64,000 nucleotides of DNA from assembly GCA_051294375.1 (NCBI GenBank), contig CM119264.1:29703182-29767181 (forward strand). The letters run 5' to 3'. This document shows, piece after piece, positions 1 to 11,830 of the stretch. Under the pieces are notes generated by a model. That model was not told the origin of the DNA, did not search any database, and saw only the letters and a program-made list of their open reading frames with translations. The translations under genes and the position numbers were made by a program. This DNA comes from Paraspadella gotoi. Taxonomy: Eukaryota > Animalia > Chaetognatha. Numbering within the stretch: the first letter of the stretch is position 1; every line of letters begins with the position of its first letter.

Positions 1-183
1 CCCGGGCTCAGTTTCTCGAGCACCGGGGCGAGTGGCAGGGGGGCGGTCTTGTCAGTGGGCGTGGCTTCTTCTCTTTCGGAAACGTTTTTTTGTTTCGCTC
101 GCGAACTTCGCGAACGAAAAAGTCGGCGACTGAAAGGTGAGAAATTAGGGAAGGATCACGATTCACCGATTCACGATTCACAC

Positions 184-225
184 GATGATGATGATGATGA
201 TGGATGATCATGATGATGATGATGA

Positions 226-260
<35 letters not shown>

Positions 261-268
261 TATGATGA
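184..268. repeat. (GAT)n microsatellite (copy at 17167-17251)
   Basis: Direct reading of tandem GAT units. Confidence 0.9.
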
Positions 269-2836
269 GTCGAGACTGACAGTCGCAATATATGAATGAA
301 ATTTTTTAGATTGAATTAAGAAGAGAAGAGTTTAAAAATATATTTAAATTGTAGGAAAATGTTTTGATATAACTACTTTGACGTTTAATTCCAATGATTG
401 ATACAATTTTTTTGATTGATTTAGAATTATTTTTTGTTTTTTTTTTCATTTATTTTTTATTTTATTGTTTCTATCTTTTTTTTTAATTTATTTTTTTATT
501 TATTTTTTTTTTTTTGTGATTGATATAAGTCGATTACTTCATTTACTACTAGCTACTTGATTCATATTATATTGATTGAATTATTAGCCGAACTCAGATA
601 TTGATTTAATTGTCCCCACGATCCACGATTTCACGAATCGCAATCCCGACTTTCATGAAAAAAAAGAAAAATATTGGACTTTCTGGATCCCGTCGCCATC
701 TTGGATTCGACCTCATCGCTCGAACCCTTTTTTCGACATAAGAAATTCTCCGCAGAGGGAAGGACGAGGGCGGGGGGCGGCTGGGGGAGGGCGTGCCCAT
801 CCAATCAGAGGAAATCGAGACTCTGTTTCCTCGAATCAGGCTGTGGACCAACTGTGGGGACGAGAAAACGATCCGTGTGGACAATTCCGAGTGGGTATTG
901 TCGAGTGTGGTTCGATTCGTCGGGAGGGCCCAACACCCTGGGAAGAGGGGTCGATCCTTGTTGGCCTGCGGACAGTGGTCATTCTCACGAAGACAGTGGG
1001 GACAGGAGGCAAATCCGTGTGGACAACTGTGAGGAAGAAGGGTCGATTAACGTGTGGGCCTTGCGGACCTGTGGGGTCCGATCCCACGTGGACAGTGAAG
1101 ACAAGAAGGCAAAATCCGTGTGGACAACTGTGAGAAAGAGGCGTCGATATCCACGTGGGACGGAGAGTCGACCCCGCGAAGGCATTTAGGAATTTAGTCC
1201 CCGCGTATTTAGTCCGTTAGGTCGAAAGGTTCATTCTTCTGGGAATCAAAAACCTTTTTTCTTCTTTATGGTTTTCTCGGTGGATCAAGACAATTCTTTC
1301 TCTCTCTCTTCTCATCCCTCTCTCTTCTCTCTCTCTCTCCTCTCTCTTCTCTCTCTCTCTCTCTCTCCTCTCCTATTCTTTCTTTCTCAGATGGAAGATT
1401 TTGTGAATTGCGTCGTTGGTTTTGGATTTTGTGGAAAACAATCGACGTTCATTTGAGGTCATTTCTTAAAATGGGACTTGGAAGATCATTGTCCCTCCTC
1501 CTTTTTCTTCATTTTTTTTCTCTCTTCAAAAAAAGCATCCTTGTACTTAAATTTTTCTTTCTTATCGACTTTTCAATTTTGATGATGAAATTTAGTTCCG
1601 TCAATTCTGTGGCCGAATTTGAGAATATCGAAATCCTCATTTTCTCAAGATTATCACGGATGGACTAATGGAATGTGTCAAGGGAAAAAGAAAGACATGA
1701 CGAAAACGCGTAACGACGACGACGACGCGACGACGACGACCGACAAGCTGATACGACGACGACTTCAGAGTAAAAAGAAAAATTAGGAAAATGATAAACG
1801 TGACGGGATATGACACAAAAAATTTCAATTTTAAAAGATGAAACATTAATGACCAAAAGAAAAAAAGTTCATATTGATATAAATAATGGCTGTGAGGCGG
1901 AAGACTTAAACCCGCCACAAGCTGTCTGTCGTTGCAAGCCAAAAAATAGCCAATTTGGTCTTTGAAACTTACAAAGGTCAAAAACGAAAACGCGTATAAG
2001 AAAAACAAACACAAAACAAAACAATAAAGAGAAAACAAAATTTCTAAAAATCTTGGAAGTTTAGTCCGAACGCATCGCGCGAACAAATATAGACTTTTGC
2101 GATAAAATTGTTTTTGTTTTTTTGTTGTTTTTTTATTTTTTCTTTGTTTTGAATAGTTTTTCCCATTCATTTTTCGTTTACTTAAGTCTTAACAAAATAA
2201 TATGGAAATTTGTTTGTTTTTTTGTTGGTTTTATTTATTTTTCCCATTAGAAACTTTGTTGTTTTCTTTTCAGACCAATAAGGAATAAAAGTCACGTGTC
2301 TCCAGAAAGTGACCAGTGTATTTTCACCGAACGAAAAATTCCACCGTCATAAAAATGACAATTATGGTGGTTGAGGCTTCGAGACGAAAGAGCGCGCGCG
2401 CGCCGCCCAGAGAGAGAGAGAGAGAGAGAGAGAAGAGAGAAGAGAGAGAGACGAGAGAGAGCAGATGAGAGAGAGAGAGAGGTAGAGAAGAGAAGAGAGA
2501 GAGAGAAATATTCGTAGCCAAACTCCACGAAAAGGGCGGGGTTTCAGCACAAGTTCCCCGGCGCGTGACTTTGGCGCGTGCCATTAGCGTCTAATGCTCA
2601 TTAGTCCATAATGCCAGTGGCCGTGAATGCCATTAGCGTTAAAACTTAACGTCCCTTCACAATAATAACTCTGCTTTTCAATCTGCTAAAAAAAAACGCG
2701 TTTTGTAAAATTTGTCACCATGTATTCGCAGAAAATATAATAATTTATATTGTATTCGTAATGTTTGAAATTTGATAAAACGTTTTCTATGTTGAACAGC
2801 AGATTGGAAAACATTAACATTTGATAATCGTGAAAG

Positions 2837-3140
2837 AACGAATTGAAAGTGTCTCCTTGGGCGAAGAATTGAAATAAAACGAATTGAAAAAATGTGGTCT
2901 CCTCTGTTGAATGAATTGAAATTAAACGAATTGAAAAAAGTGGTCTCCTCTGTCGATATGAATTTGAAATTAACGAATGAAAAAAGTGTCTCCTCGTCGA
3001 TGATTGAAATTAAAACGAAATGAAAAAAAAGTGCTCTCCTCTGTTGAAGTGAATGAAATTAAACGAATTGAAAAAAGTGTCTCTCTGTCAAATAATTGAA
3101 ATTAAACGAATTGAAAAAAGTTGCACCTCTGTCGAATGAA
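2837..3140. repeat. ~42-46 bp minisatellite, about 7 copies (AACGAATTGAAAAAAGTGTCTCCTCTGTCGAATGAATTGAAATTA); copy at ~19820-20133
   Basis: Tandem imperfect units read directly. Confidence 0.85.
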
Positions 3141-3199
3141 AGGTTAGGTCCCTTTTATTTCTTTCGTTGACGGCCGAAAAATTGATTCGACTTCGGAAC

Positions 3200-3505
3200 C
3201 TAACATCTCTTTCTGCTCGACTAATGAATCATCGTTTTGTTTTCAATTGTTACTCCTATGGCTCCAAACTGTCCAAACATTCCCTAACCATGTCTATGTG
3301 CGACAACTTCTATTCTCACGCCATGCCCACTTCTCACGCATGTCTCATATGTCAATTGTCCATGTCCAACGACGGACCTCACCTGTCTCCAAAGAGACGT
3401 CCAATCTCCAACCAGATTCAAGTTGTTTGTCAATTGTGCTTTTGACCCGAATGTCTCTCTCTCTCTCTCCCTCTCTCTCCTCTCTCTCTCTTCTCTCTCT
3501 CTCTA

Positions 3506-3558
<53 letters not shown>

Positions 3559-6500
3559 ATCTCCTCCTCTGCCTCCGCTTTAAACAAAGCAATCCATTCC
3601 GGCCGCGTTCCGACGAGCGAGTACCTAGCGGCGACGGACACGAACACTGGCGTGCCTGCCAATCTTACGGCGTACGTGCGAATCTCTGGCGCGCGTGTTA
3701 AAAACACCGTTCCGCGACCTGCCCGCGTCCGGCCGTTAATTACGCAACGCGCATCCTCGCGGAATCCGCGGGACCGAAATAAAGAGAGGAGAAGGCCGTG
3801 GCGGTGAGGCCGGCGAGGCGGTTTAGGCGGTCGTGGCGGGCGGCGTGGCAGCAGCCCGGCGATAGCGGTTAAGCGCGGAGTCTAGGCGAAATGCCCGGAT
3901 TCCAGTTGCCGTCTCGGTCGGACGCCGCATAGAGTGGAGAGGAAGACACCAGCCCGGGCGGTTAAAAGGGGGGGGCGGAGGGGGGCGGAGGGGGTATTTC
4001 GAGGGGGGCAACGTGGGGGGGGCGGAAGGAGAGAAAGAGAGGTGGGAGAAGGAAAAGGGGGTCGTGGGCGTGGCGGCGTCAAAGTGGGGTCGTCACGATT
4101 CAACGCGAAGTTGCGAAGAGAGAACGCGCAGACGAGCGAGATGCGAATCCGTGAATTCCACGAGTTCACCTTTGTGGCGTTGGCGTAACGGTTGGGGCGT
4201 TCATGTTGATGTTGGCGTTCTTGTTGGCTGTGTGTCTTGCGTGGGGTTCAGCCAGTCTGATCAGCGATGAAATTTTTATTGGCGTTTTCTAGTGGGGTTG
4301 CTTGACTTGGCGTAAGCGTTCTTGAATGAAGTTTAAGTTCTAATTTGGCTCGTAGTTTGTATTGACGTTCTTGCTAGCGTTGGCTTCTTCTTGTTGGGTT
4401 AACGTTGGCGCAGAGAACAGAACGCCGATGTCTGAAGTGAATAACAGAGAGATAGGTAGAGAAATTTAAGCCTGCGAGGGCCTGCTAATCTGCGTGCGTC
4501 TGTAAACGTGAGATCAGACAGGTGCAGCTTGGTGCGCTCGAAATAATACCTCCGCGTTTCTTCTTGACGAAAAAAAGATTAAAAAAACGGAGGTAATAAA
4601 AATTTAATAAAAATAGAAATTCATCGGTTCTGAAAATGGAGCGGAAGAGAGACGCGTCTGCGGGAAGGAGAAAACGTCGTAAATTGGAAACCGTCAAACT
4701 TTAGGCTTATTCTCCTAAACGCCCCGTTTCGTCTTAAATTCAGAAATAATGATACTTTAAGATTTAAAGATTAACAGAGGAGTAGTGAGTAAGGTTAAGA
4801 GATTAGGTTAGTAATTAGGGTTAGGTGTCAAGGTGGGGACTCTGGTTAAGCGTTAAAGGTTTAAAGTCAAAGTTAAAGATTCAGCGGTTAAAGGTTTAGT
4901 TTAAGGTTAAAGATCCAGGGTTAAAGGTTCAACCAGTAGTTGGGCAATGCCCGACTACAAACCTGTCCTCGACATTCTGACCACTATTCTGTCTTCACCA
5001 TTGTTAGGAAAACTTTTACCGCTCTCTCTCTCTTTCTCTCTCTCTCCTCTCTCTCTCTCTCACACTCTTCTTTTACACACAAAATTTATTATTGAAATGT
5101 TATATGCGATGAGGCTAGAAGTAAACAAGCCAAACATGTCCAATATTAATCAAAAATCGTTGTTAAAAATTCAAAATTGTTTGCTTCTCTGATACCAATA
5201 AACAAAAAAAAAGAAAGGAATTATCCATAGGTTAAAGGTTTAAAGTTTAAAGGTTAAAGATTCAGGGTTAAAGGTTAAAGTTTAAAGTTTAAGGTTTAAG
5301 ATTCAGGGTTAAAGGTTAAAGATTAAAGTTTTAAGTTAAAGATTCAGGGTTAAAGTTTAAAGATTTAAAAGGTTAAGATTAAAGATTCAGGGTTATAAAG
5401 GATTAAAGTTTAAGTGTTAGGAAGATTCAGGTTAAAGTTTTATAAGGTTGAAGAATACGGATTTGATTTAGATTTAGGTTTTGGGTTAAGAATTAAGTTA
5501 TAATTCAATTAGGATTTAAGCTAAATATTAGGGATAGACAATAATTCCCTATAAAAAATTTAAAACATAAAAATAAAGGAACAAGAAAAATGGGCACTTT
5601 TTTGGAAAAGAGAGTCAAACTTTACATTTTGACGTCGAAGCAGAAAGAAGAATTTCGAAAGCCACAAACGAAATAAAACGATTTTTTTTTCTTCTTTTAT
5701 ATTCGATTTTCATTGAAGGAAGAATCTTCTTTTTTCTTGGGGGGAAGGAGGAGGGAAGAAGGGGTTGCGATTTGTCTTTCCGTTGCCAAGCGACGGGAAG
5801 AGAATTACGTCGAGAGTCTTTATGTCATTGTGACTTAGTTCGAAGGATCAGTGAAGAAATTTTAAAAAAGTCGGTCGCCAGATCGGTTTAAGCTCACATA
5901 AAAGTTTAAATTCTTTTGACATTATTACTTTAAGGCCGCAATCGTCTAAAAGACATCAGCCTACAACTTAGGGCTAAGATTAGGCTAAGTGGTCTTCATC
6001 ATTAAAAAAAATATATATTTGTGGCGGGCACCGCATAATTGATTCAGCCATTTAGATATTATGAGTTTCTCATTTACGATTTTCCAACTGCAAATGATAT
6101 CGATTATATAAACTAGAGCAGAACAGTAATCTTACCTTTGCGTTGTGTAGAATGCTCTCTCCTATTTCCAAGAGACAACACTAACATCCCATCCAATAAT
6201 AAATTCGAATTGGTACATTCTCGCTATTTCAAATCGAGTCAGCGCTATGGGTTCCACCCTTCCTCGGTCAAGCGGGTGAGGATTAAACTTTCCCAACGCC
6301 TTAACCTATTTTGCAATGAGTTTTCGGATGGCGAAAACTATTATAACTTGATTAGAAAATTAAAATCATTCTATAAAATACGAAATCTTGAAATAAAAAA
6401 AAAGAAACCGGCGATTCACTCCATTCTCATTCTCGCCAATCTGATTGGTCGTCGCTGCCGAACTCGACGCCCTGATTTCGGTCCTACCTAGTTTCTTATC

Positions 6501-6806
6501 GGCGCCATGACGTCGATTCTCGGACTCGACTTTTCTTTTTTCGGCGACGAGACTGAGCCAACCCCGGGACTAGAATTTGAATGAATGAATGAATGAATGA
6601 ATGAATGAATGAATGAATGAATGAATGATGAATGATGAATGAATGAATGAAATGAATGATGAAATGAAAGAATGAATGAATAAATAAATAAATAAATAAA
6701 TAATAAATAAAAATAAATAAATAATAAATAAAAAAATAAAAGTAATATAATAAAAAATAAATAAATAAATAATAATAAAATAAATAAATAAATAAATAAT
6801 AAATAA

Positions 6807-6837
<31 letters not shown>

Positions 6838-6905
6838 ATTAAATAAACTAATAAATAAATAAATAAAAAATAATAAATAAATAAATAAATAAATAAATAG
6901 ATAAA

Positions 6906-6958
<53 letters not shown>

Positions 6959-7304
6959 AATAAAATAAATAAATAAATATATTAATTAATTAATTAATCA
7001 TTAGTAAATAAATAAATGAATGAATGAAGTAATAATAAAATGAATTTACTAGCTGATCTCCTATTTAGTAAATTGAGTAAACTAGTTTACGTTAACAATT
7101 TCAATACCAATATCTCACGTCACAACCACGTCACAACAAGATTTACAAAATAATTATTTGAAGCTTTTTCTAGGCCTTACCATTAGCCTCACTCGAGAGC
7201 TTTAATTCATGGCCTTACCCATCGACTGCAGTGGGTGAGTCTCTCCCGAATCCGATTTTCTGCTGTGAAGAGAATGCCGAATGCTGTCGGCCGATTCCGC
7301 TGCG
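3200..7304 (-). CDS. Putative multi-exon gene of unknown product; candidate exons 7304-7219, 6569-6488, 6305-6136, 4431-3383, ~3293-3200
   Basis: GC-richer blocks bounded on the minus strand by AG acceptors and GTAAG/GTAGG/GTGAGG donors, separated by AT-rich or microsatellite DNA. Partial translations include LAPTLTQQEEATLAR and APEIRTYAVRLAGTPVFVSVAARYSLVGTRPEWIALFKAE. No family recognised; frames are broken by indels. Confidence 0.4.
4790..5510. repeat. Degenerate simple satellite (AAGGTTAAAGATTCAGGGTTA-like units), in two blocks
   Basis: Recurring GGTTAAAG/GATTCAGGGTTA units at 4790-4930 and 5230-5510. Confidence 0.75.
6578..7030. repeat. Compound (GAAT)n/(AAAT)n microsatellite
   Basis: Direct reading. 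Confidence 0.9.
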
Positions 7305-8558
7305 CTATAGCACATTTAAATAAAATTTTACATATTAATTGTATTATAATAAACATATTGGAATTGATAATAATAATGTATTCAATTTTTTTCGCGCATT
7401 TAATGGCTACCTAATGACAAACTTAGTCGCATTTAAAATTTTAATAAGCGGAATCAGTCGTTGCTATTTTGTCAATAATCTTAGGTTGTTTTTTATTTCA
7501 AAGAGTGCAGCACGTAGTTCAAAGGCCGAAAGGTTGAAATTATTCAACAAAGGAACAGCGTCTTTTCAGAAATAAAATAATCTCCATGTTTCCATGAAAC
7601 TTTAAGGGCCATCAATGTGAGTTATTATTGAACTTTTTTCATTGTTAATAAAGTAAGAGAGGAAAAAATCGATTTTAAACGTCGCTCTTAAAAATTGTAG
7701 TAGTAAACTAAATGTCGGCTAAATAATCGAAGTTTTAATGTTTATGATTTGAAAAATAACAAAAAATAATAAAAAGTAAAAATTAAAGTCTAACTGATAT
7801 TCATAGTGATAGACTTCGAGAAACTATTAGAATATATCTTTTTAACTCTCTTAATAATTTTTTTCAAACCTCCGCTATCGTAATTATTTACCTACGTATC
7901 TATCTATAAAAATTATAATAAGAATTTAGAAAAGTTTTCAAAGAACAATAGTTTGGGAATTTAATTTTAGTAAAAATAGGAAAATGACTATTAAACTATG
8001 GCCGCGAGGTTCGGTAAATATCATACAACCATCCACGAAGTTCATCAAGGTTCATATAACAATGGCATACAATTGCATTAGCACTTTTAAGGTGTCTTTT
8101 GTACCATACACACACTCGACACATCAAAGTATATATTTCAAGGATATGACTTGTTTAAAAACAAAATCGGGTATGTTTTTTTTCTGATGAGCATTTTTAA
8201 ATGGGTCAGAAATAAGCGAAAATTGTACAATGGTATAGATTAAATATATTGGAGCACTTTGTATCGGCCAGTAAACCGCATTGTGCTATAGCTTTTTCAA
8301 AAAAAACGATTAAAAAAAAATGCGATGATTGAAAATTAATATAAAAAAACAGAATAAAATTTAAGCATACGAGTTTTAAAAATAAATTATACGTAAGCAA
8401 TGATTGTAATGATCAACAATCTAAATTTACTTTGGACATAAATCAATATCTGAATAGTTCTTTGTCCCTAAAACCGCTCAATTCTAAGAATAGCAGAATT
8501 GTCCCAGTTCCTCCTCTCCTCCTCTCTTCCTCCTGCTCCTCCTCTCCGCTCCCCAAAT

Positions 8559-11184
8559 CTACGTTTCCAAACGTCCTTAAGGTAGAATGTACAAATGGCC
8601 AACGCAATATTTCGATCCTTTGACAGTTTCTTGTCTGGCGGCAAAGTCGGCAGCAGTTTTCGCGAATTCGGTGAAAGCTACATTGAATGCCTCTACACGT
8701 GTCGCTACGGGTCGCGTGAGCGTGCGGTATTTCGTCGTGGCGCGGCGGCGCCGGCGGCGTTCTTCGCGCGAGAGGCCAACCTGAGAGAGGAAAGGTAAGG
8801 TTTAAGGTGAGGGTCGAACTTGTTTTTAACCTGAAAGGTTAGGGAGAAGGTCAATGAATTGTTTTTATGTAAAAGTTAGCAAAAGTAAATAGGTTTTACC
8901 TAATTTTTCGACTTTATGAAATTGGTACAACCATATAAAAAAAATTATCATTCATTTAAATAAATAAGCTTTCTTGCCCATGCACTTTGGACAGAGCTTT
9001 GAGGTGTTAAGGCCTCCTCAATTTACAAGATAATGACATAGCAGGTTCCCTGCAAGCTTTCAATCAAGACTCTCTCCACAGTCTCGCCCTATTCACATCC
9101 AGAGTAACCTGGCTTCCCTATCAATGAAGTGAAAATATTTCAAAGAATGTTTCAATTGTATGAAAAGACCATTATCTTGATTTTGGATAACATCATTAAG
9201 GATCTCATACTTTATGATTAAAGTCATTGCAGAGTCAATATAAATTTAGTTATTCAACATTATTAACTAACTATATAATCAGATATTCCTTCTTTCAATT
9301 TGTTAGTTTGTTTCTGAAATTGTTTTTAAATTTTATTTGTTCAAACATTAAGGATATATTGGTCCGTCTAAAGTCATGAAGGGAGATTTTTTAAAAAATA
9401 GTTTTTTATATTGGTTCCACCGATTTTGTATATTGTAAAGTAGGACATCTATCTATTAAATCCAAAAATAATGCATACTGAGGTAAAAATCAGGTAGAAA
9501 AGAAGAGGTCAGGTACTCTGGGATTCGAATAAAACGAGACTGTGTGAGAGAGTCTTGATGAAAGCTTGCAGGGACCTGCTATGTCATTATCTTGTAAGAG
9601 GTGATGGAGGCCTTAAAACCACGCAAAGCCTGTCCAAGAGTCAGGGGCACAGATGGCTTATTTATTAAATGAATGGATAATTTTTATATTGGTTGTACCA
9701 ATTTCATATAAAGTTTCACTGCGCGAAAAACAAATATTTCGTAGCCTAATCACATTTTTTCTTGCAACGGGGCACCAAAGTTTCAATTTCATTCCGGGAT
9801 TCTTAAATCGTTTTATCATTAACTAACCCTTTCTTCACATCAATCACCGACCACCATCACTCAATCCCTACCTCTACTCACCAAGAATTGACGGATTATC
9901 TTCTCGTCTCCCGGGTCAGGACTTTGCAACTGCCGACGCTCGATTGATGCTGCGACCGTGAGGGTTTGTCCGAAGCCGATGAGAGGAGAGGGTCCTCCAG
10001 CCTCCACCTCCACTCCTTCACACTCTTCCAATCTGATTGGCTCCACCCAAGGGTTCCCTCTTCAACCCGGTCGTCGACACCGGCGGCGACGGTGTCGGTT
10101 GCAGATTCTGGTCAAGAGGATGATGATGAATGCGGTGATGATGATGATGATGATTCATGCTGATGTGGTTGTTTGATGATTTGATGGTGATTCTCCAGCC
10201 TTTGAGCGACGGCCTCAGCGAAAGACCGCGTTCTTCTGCTCCGCCAAATTGGCGTAGGACGAAGTCGCCGCCAAGATGAGATTAGCGGGAGATCGGGGCG
10301 AACGGCGGCGCCATTTGCGGCGGGCGGAAGAGGCGCGGCGGCGCAGCGGCTCCAGCGGGGGCGGAGGCGCGGCGGGCGTTTTCCGAATTTCCCACGCCCG
10401 CATGACGCGTCCAGCGCGGGCGGCGTGGTCGAGATAATGAAGTCGCCGCCAACGTGACAACTCGTGTCGTCGACGCTTCGCTAGACCGTCGGCGAATACT
10501 CGCTCCTGCTTGATGGCGCCGCGGTCAGTGCGGCGGCGCCGTCCAAACCGGCGTTAGAGACGGCGGACGTCGTCTTGAAGCGATGGAGGATGCTGTTGAA
10601 AGATGCTGGAAGTGAAGGGTAATGCTGGAGAGAGAAGATGGATGGGGAGGAGGAGAGGAGGAGGAGGAGGGGGAACCTTGTTGGAGCACTGCTGTTGTTG
10701 TTGAATGTTGTTGTTGATGTTGTTGATCGATAGATGTGATGGTAAAGATCGACGTCGTCTCCCAATTTGCCGTTCATCGTCGATTGATTGTTGATGATGA
10801 TGGTGATGATGAGTGATGGCTGCTGGAGGAGACGCGTCTCCAGCGTTGCCATTGAAAACGCTCACCCAACAATCGATGATGTAACAACGACGAACGACGA
10901 CCGACGACGACGAAGGAACGAAGAGAAAAAGGAAGAAGCGAATTCCCCGACGCCGGTGGAAGATGGCCGAAAAGATCCGGCGCCCGGCATCGGACGGAGG
11001 CGGACTCCGGCATCGTCGCCGCCATGGCGCGCGGGCGGGCGCGGCGGCGGCGGGCGGAGCCAGCATCGGCGGCAGCGTCGCGGCGGGAGCGAGTGGAGTA
11101 AGTCGAGTGAAATGTACGCGTGGTGGCGGAGTAGTCCGAGATGAAAATGAAGATCTGGCGAACATCCATCGGAGTTTGATCCAT
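8559..11184 (-). CDS. NHLH: Nescient helix-loop-helix (NHLH1/2, NSCL/HEN, HLH4C-type) bHLH transcription factor; exons ~11184-9882 and 8780-8559
   Basis: Exon 8780-8559 reads [45 protein letters not shown].EI...AI....YLKDVLET* after allowing a few 1-nt indels. This matches the NHLH signature ([67 protein letters not shown]). Phase-0 intron TTG|GTGAGT (9882) to CTCTCAG|GTT (8780) joins IRQFL to VGLSREE in frame. The start codon at 11184 is tentative. Confidence 0.88.
8917..9706. mobile_element. Non-autonomous DNA transposon (MITE), ~790 bp, ~170-200 bp terminal inverted repeats, TA-flanked, inside the NHLH intron
   Basis: 8917-9086 (TGAAATTGGTACAACC...ACAGTCTCG) is the reverse complement of 9535-9706 (CGAGACTGT...GGTTGTACCAATTTCA). 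TA at 8915-8916 and 9707-9708. No ORF inside. Confidence 0.85.
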
Positions 11185-11637
11185 GGAGGACGAAGACGAC
11201 GACGACGACCGACGATACGAACGACGTCGAAGTCGACGTGGATTTAAAAGAAAGCGGAGAATGAAGGAGGGAAGAAATGGCCGGAGTGGAGGCGGGGGTT
11301 GTCGATGGAGAGTGGTTGGTTGGTTGGGATGTTGAAGTGGTTTTGGGGTGGAGATTACGAGACGCGATGAAGGACGTCGGGATGAGGAAAGTCGAGCGGA
11401 ACGAAGGGAGAGGGAAGTGCGAGAGGAGCCCTTCCTCCATCGCAGGGATTCTTCTTTGTTTTTTTCTTTATATTTTATGTTTCTGTTTTGGTTTGTTGGT
11501 TGTTTTTTTTCGTCCTCAACTGCGGGAAAATTTTGGATCGGGACTTGAGTCCTGGGTTGGCGGCGGCGCCAAGAGGACGCAGTGGACTGAAAATTAACCG
11601 CGGCTGAGAAAGTAGGAATTTATTGGTCGGCTTCAAA

Positions 11638-11830
11638 GTCAAAGAGTCGAATTAATCAGCAACCGGCGAACTGATTAACTATTGCGTTGCAAGCTGAATT
11701 CTGACGAAGTCAAGGAGTCGAAATTAAATCGGCCACCGCGACTGAGTCACTAATTGGCCGTTGAGCTGAATTCTTTGACGAGTCAAGGAGTCCAATTTAA
11801 ATCGGTCACCGCGATTGGCGTTGCTAATTG
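11638..11830. repeat. ~72-bp tandem repeat x2.7 upstream of NHLH (copy at ~28929-29130)
   Basis: Units start GTCAA(A/G)GAGTC at 11638, 11709 and 11782; the first two end GCTGAATTCT(TT)GACGA. Confidence 0.8.

Noticed and set aside
843-1165. CRISPR-like repeat/spacer appearance
   Set aside because: Repeats are short, degenerate and irregularly spaced; the context is eukaryotic and no cas genes are present.
2837-3140. CRISPR-like array with ATTGAAA ends
   Set aside because: The intervening sequences are themselves copies of each other, so this is a minisatellite without unique spacers.
4790-5510. Interstitial telomere (TTAGGG/TTAGG)
   Set aside because: Only one or two true units are present; the rest is a degenerate AAGGTT satellite.
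8559-8780. NHLH as a pseudogene or programmed-frameshift gene
   Set aside because: Frameshifts differ between the two copies while the encoded residues stay conserved, which points to sequencing error.
11520-11556. Sm-site-like AATTTTGGA followed by a small hairpin (CGGGAC-TTGA-GTCCTG), suggesting an SL RNA or snRNA
   Set aside because: No leader, donor or 5' stem-loop is recognisable upstream, and such motifs arise easily by chance.
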